A stretch of 50,609 nt of DNA from an uncultured Fibrobacterota bacterium (lineage in GTDB: Bacteria > Fibrobacterota > Chitinivibrionia > Chitinivibrionales > FEN-1185), in assembly GCA_963753345.1 (NCBI GenBank), contig CAVWBU010000020.1:1-50609 (forward strand), in the 5' to 3' direction. Below the pieces are notes generated by a model. It worked only from the letters and a program-made list of their open reading frames with translations, did no database searches and had not been told where the DNA came from. The translations under genes and the position numbers were made by a program. Shown here one piece after another: positions 48,223-50,609 of the stretch. Within the stretch, counting starts at the first letter, position 1, and every line of letters begins with the position of its first letter.

Positions 48223-50401
48223 TTACCTCTCGGCCTTTTTCTCCACCACTTCCAAATCCCTCTTCGCCGCCTTATTCCCCGGCTCAGCCTTCAGCACCGC
48301 GCTGAACTGCTGCTCCGCCTCCCCTATCCTGCCTATTGATGCCAGCAGCGCCCCGTAATTAAGCCTCGCCTCGACGTTGACGGAATCGAGCCCGATCGCG
48401 GTTTCGTAGCACGCAATCGCCGCGCCGGTGTCTCCCAGCGCGGCAAGCGCGCGGCCGAGGTCCGATTGCGCCTCGGCGTTTTTCGGATTGATGCGCACCG
48501 CTTCCCTGAAATGACCGGCCGCCTCTTTCATGGCGCCCTTCATTGCCAGCGCCACGCCAAGATTTACATGAGCGACTCCGAGGTCGGGCCGCAGCCGCAG
48601 GGCTTTTGAAAACCACGCGATTGCTTCGTCGAGGCTGCCGGCGTCGGCCAGAAGCCTGCCCAGACCGCACATCGCGAGGGCGGCATCGGGTCTGATGCGC
48701 AGCGCGGATTTGTATTCGTCAATTGCCTCGGACGCTTTCCCGCTTCGCGCCAGCAGGTCAGCGAGCCTGCTGTGCGCGTCGAAATCGTTTGGGCTGCGGC
48801 GCAGCCCCTGCCGAAAGCTTTCCAGCGGCCTCCGGCAGCTTTCCCCTGTCCGCGAGCACGGCCGCAAGATTGAAGTGCGCCTCGGCCAGTTCCGGCGCCG
48901 TGGCCAGGGCCTTCCTGTAGCATTCGAGTGCATCGCCCATTTTGCCCTGGCGGGAAAGCGCTATGCCGATGTTGTTGTAGACATCGTAGGCAACGCCCGG
49001 GTCGCCGGGCTTTGCCGCGAGCGCGCGGTGAAAGCTTGCTATTGCGGAATCGGTCTTCCCCAGCGACGACAGCGCGACGCCGAGGTTGAGATAGGCGACG
49101 TCGTTGTTTTTGGTGACCCTTGCCGCGTGCTCGAACAGCGACACACTGTTGTTCCAGTATGCGGCCTCTGTGTGCGTTATTAATATGAGAACAGCAAGCA
49201 CAGCCACGGCGCACGCAAACAGAACGGGCCGCAAAAAACGCCAACGCGCAAGCGCGGCGGGAATCCCCCACGCGATCATGATGAATGTCCCAATATACGG
49301 AACATAGGTGTACCGGTCGGCCATGGACTGCACACCAACCTGCACGAGACCGATCACCGGCACGAGCGTGCCAACGTACCACAGCCATCCTGCGAGCAGA
49401 TACGGCATTGTGCGCCTTGCTTTTAGGCAGAAGACCGAGATTGCGACAAGCACGCACAGCGACACAACAATGGATGCCGTCGGAAGCCGCGGCGGGAAAG
49501 GATAGAAACACGCAAGATTGACAGGCGCGACCATTTTCCATAGATACGCGCCGTACGAATTGATTGCGTTCGCAACGCGCTCCAAAAGTGAAAGACTCGA
49601 AACCGCCACAACGGCGTTCTTGTTGCTCTGCGCAATGACGGCAACGATACATGAAACAGCGGATACAGCAAAAAAGGGTATCTTCTCGATGATTAACGGT
49701 CGATAATCTCTCCAGCCAGGCTTCCTATTGGAATTCAGCTTTTTTTCTTTTTGATTTGTCTTTTGCATACCGAGACGGTCCAGCGGCCACACATCCAGCA
49801 GGAGCAGGGTAAAGGGCAGGGTCACCAGCATGGGTTTTGCCATGAGGCCGAGGGCGAAGCATGCAAGCGCCGCAGCATACCATGTCTTTCCCCTCGCGGG
49901 AACCTTTACATATCGGATATAGCACAGCGTGGCAAGCAGCCAGAACATGGCGCTCAACACGTCCTTGCGTTCCGCGACCCACGCCACCGACTCCACGTGC
50001 ATCGGGTGCAGCGCGAACAGGGCCGCGACAAACGCGCTTTTCCAACCAGCGCCCGTTGCCAGCCACAGCAAATAAAAAAGCAGGACCACGTTCAGAACGT
50101 GCAGGGCAAGGTTGACGCAATGGTGCGCCCGCGGCCGCACACCGAACAAACGGCAGTCAAGCATGTGCGAAACCCAGGTGAGCGGGTGCCAGTTGCCGGT
50201 GTCGAACGTGGAAAATGCCCAGGCGAGATTTGCGGGCGTCGGCCCGGAAACCACGTGAGGGTTGCGGGTGACATAGAGCTCGTCGTCGTAGCTAACGAGA
50301 AAAGACGCGCCGGAAACCGGCCAATACGCAACAACGGCAACGGCGCATACAAGCGCGCATACTGCCGCAAACCGGAAACGGTCTGCCGATGCCCTCATCA
50401 T
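48223..50401 (-). CDS. TMTC-like multi-pass membrane GT-C (O-mannosyltransferase-like) protein with TPR repeats; apparent frameshift at ~48826
   Basis: YDDELYV, NWHPLTWVSH, LFALHPMHVESVAWVAERKD, LMAKPM, MADRYTY; TPRs continue LESFRQGLRRSPND in the adjacent frame. Confidence 0.85.
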
Positions 50402-50572
50402 GCATTTCCTGTCTTGTGTTCGTGAAACCGTCCGGCCGTCCACAAAATATACCGCACCCGCGCGCGCGTGTCAAACCGCTTTGGAAGCATGCGGTGCAGG
50501 CCTTTGACGAAAGCGGGACCAGGATGCAAGAGCATGAGTACTCGGCAAGAAGAATGTATATTTTCATCTTTC

Positions 50573-50609
50573 GCGCCCTTAGCTCAACTGGATAGAGCAT
50601 CTGGCTTCG
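50573..50609 (+). tRNA. tRNA-Arg(TCG), truncated by the window edge
   Basis: GCGCCCT-TA-GCTC-AACTGGATA-GAGC-A-TCTGG-CT-TCG; typical Arg D loop with A20. Confidence 0.8.

Overview
A GC-rich bacterial chromosomal window. Several secreted proteins carry T9SS/FlgD-like C-terminal domains, which suggests a Fibrobacterota (Chitinivibrionia-like) or other FCB-group organism; this is an inference. The core is a nitrogen-assimilation cluster: gltBD divergent from amtB-glnK-glnD, then glnA, with three clear sigma54 -24/-12 promoters and a shared candidate enhancer motif, plus a separate Rh-type ammonium channel. Other genes are arfB, typA, gloB, earP-efp, a Rieske/glutaredoxin/SMR/SDR/FTR redox cluster, secreted glycan-active proteins, a TMTC-like TPR glycosyltransferase and a truncated tRNA-Arg(TCG). 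The two strongest novelty candidates are (1) an atypical tRNA-Lys(CTT)-like gene (U37, G-U-rich T stem, no encoded CCA) head-to-head with a stand-alone MprF-type aminoacyl-tRNA-dependent transferase domain, and (2) a membrane-anchored ubiquitin-E2-fold protein lacking its catalytic Cys and flanked by inverted copies of a structured repeat. About eight frameshifts, including three in gltB, look like assembly indel errors, so single-base observations need read-level confirmation.
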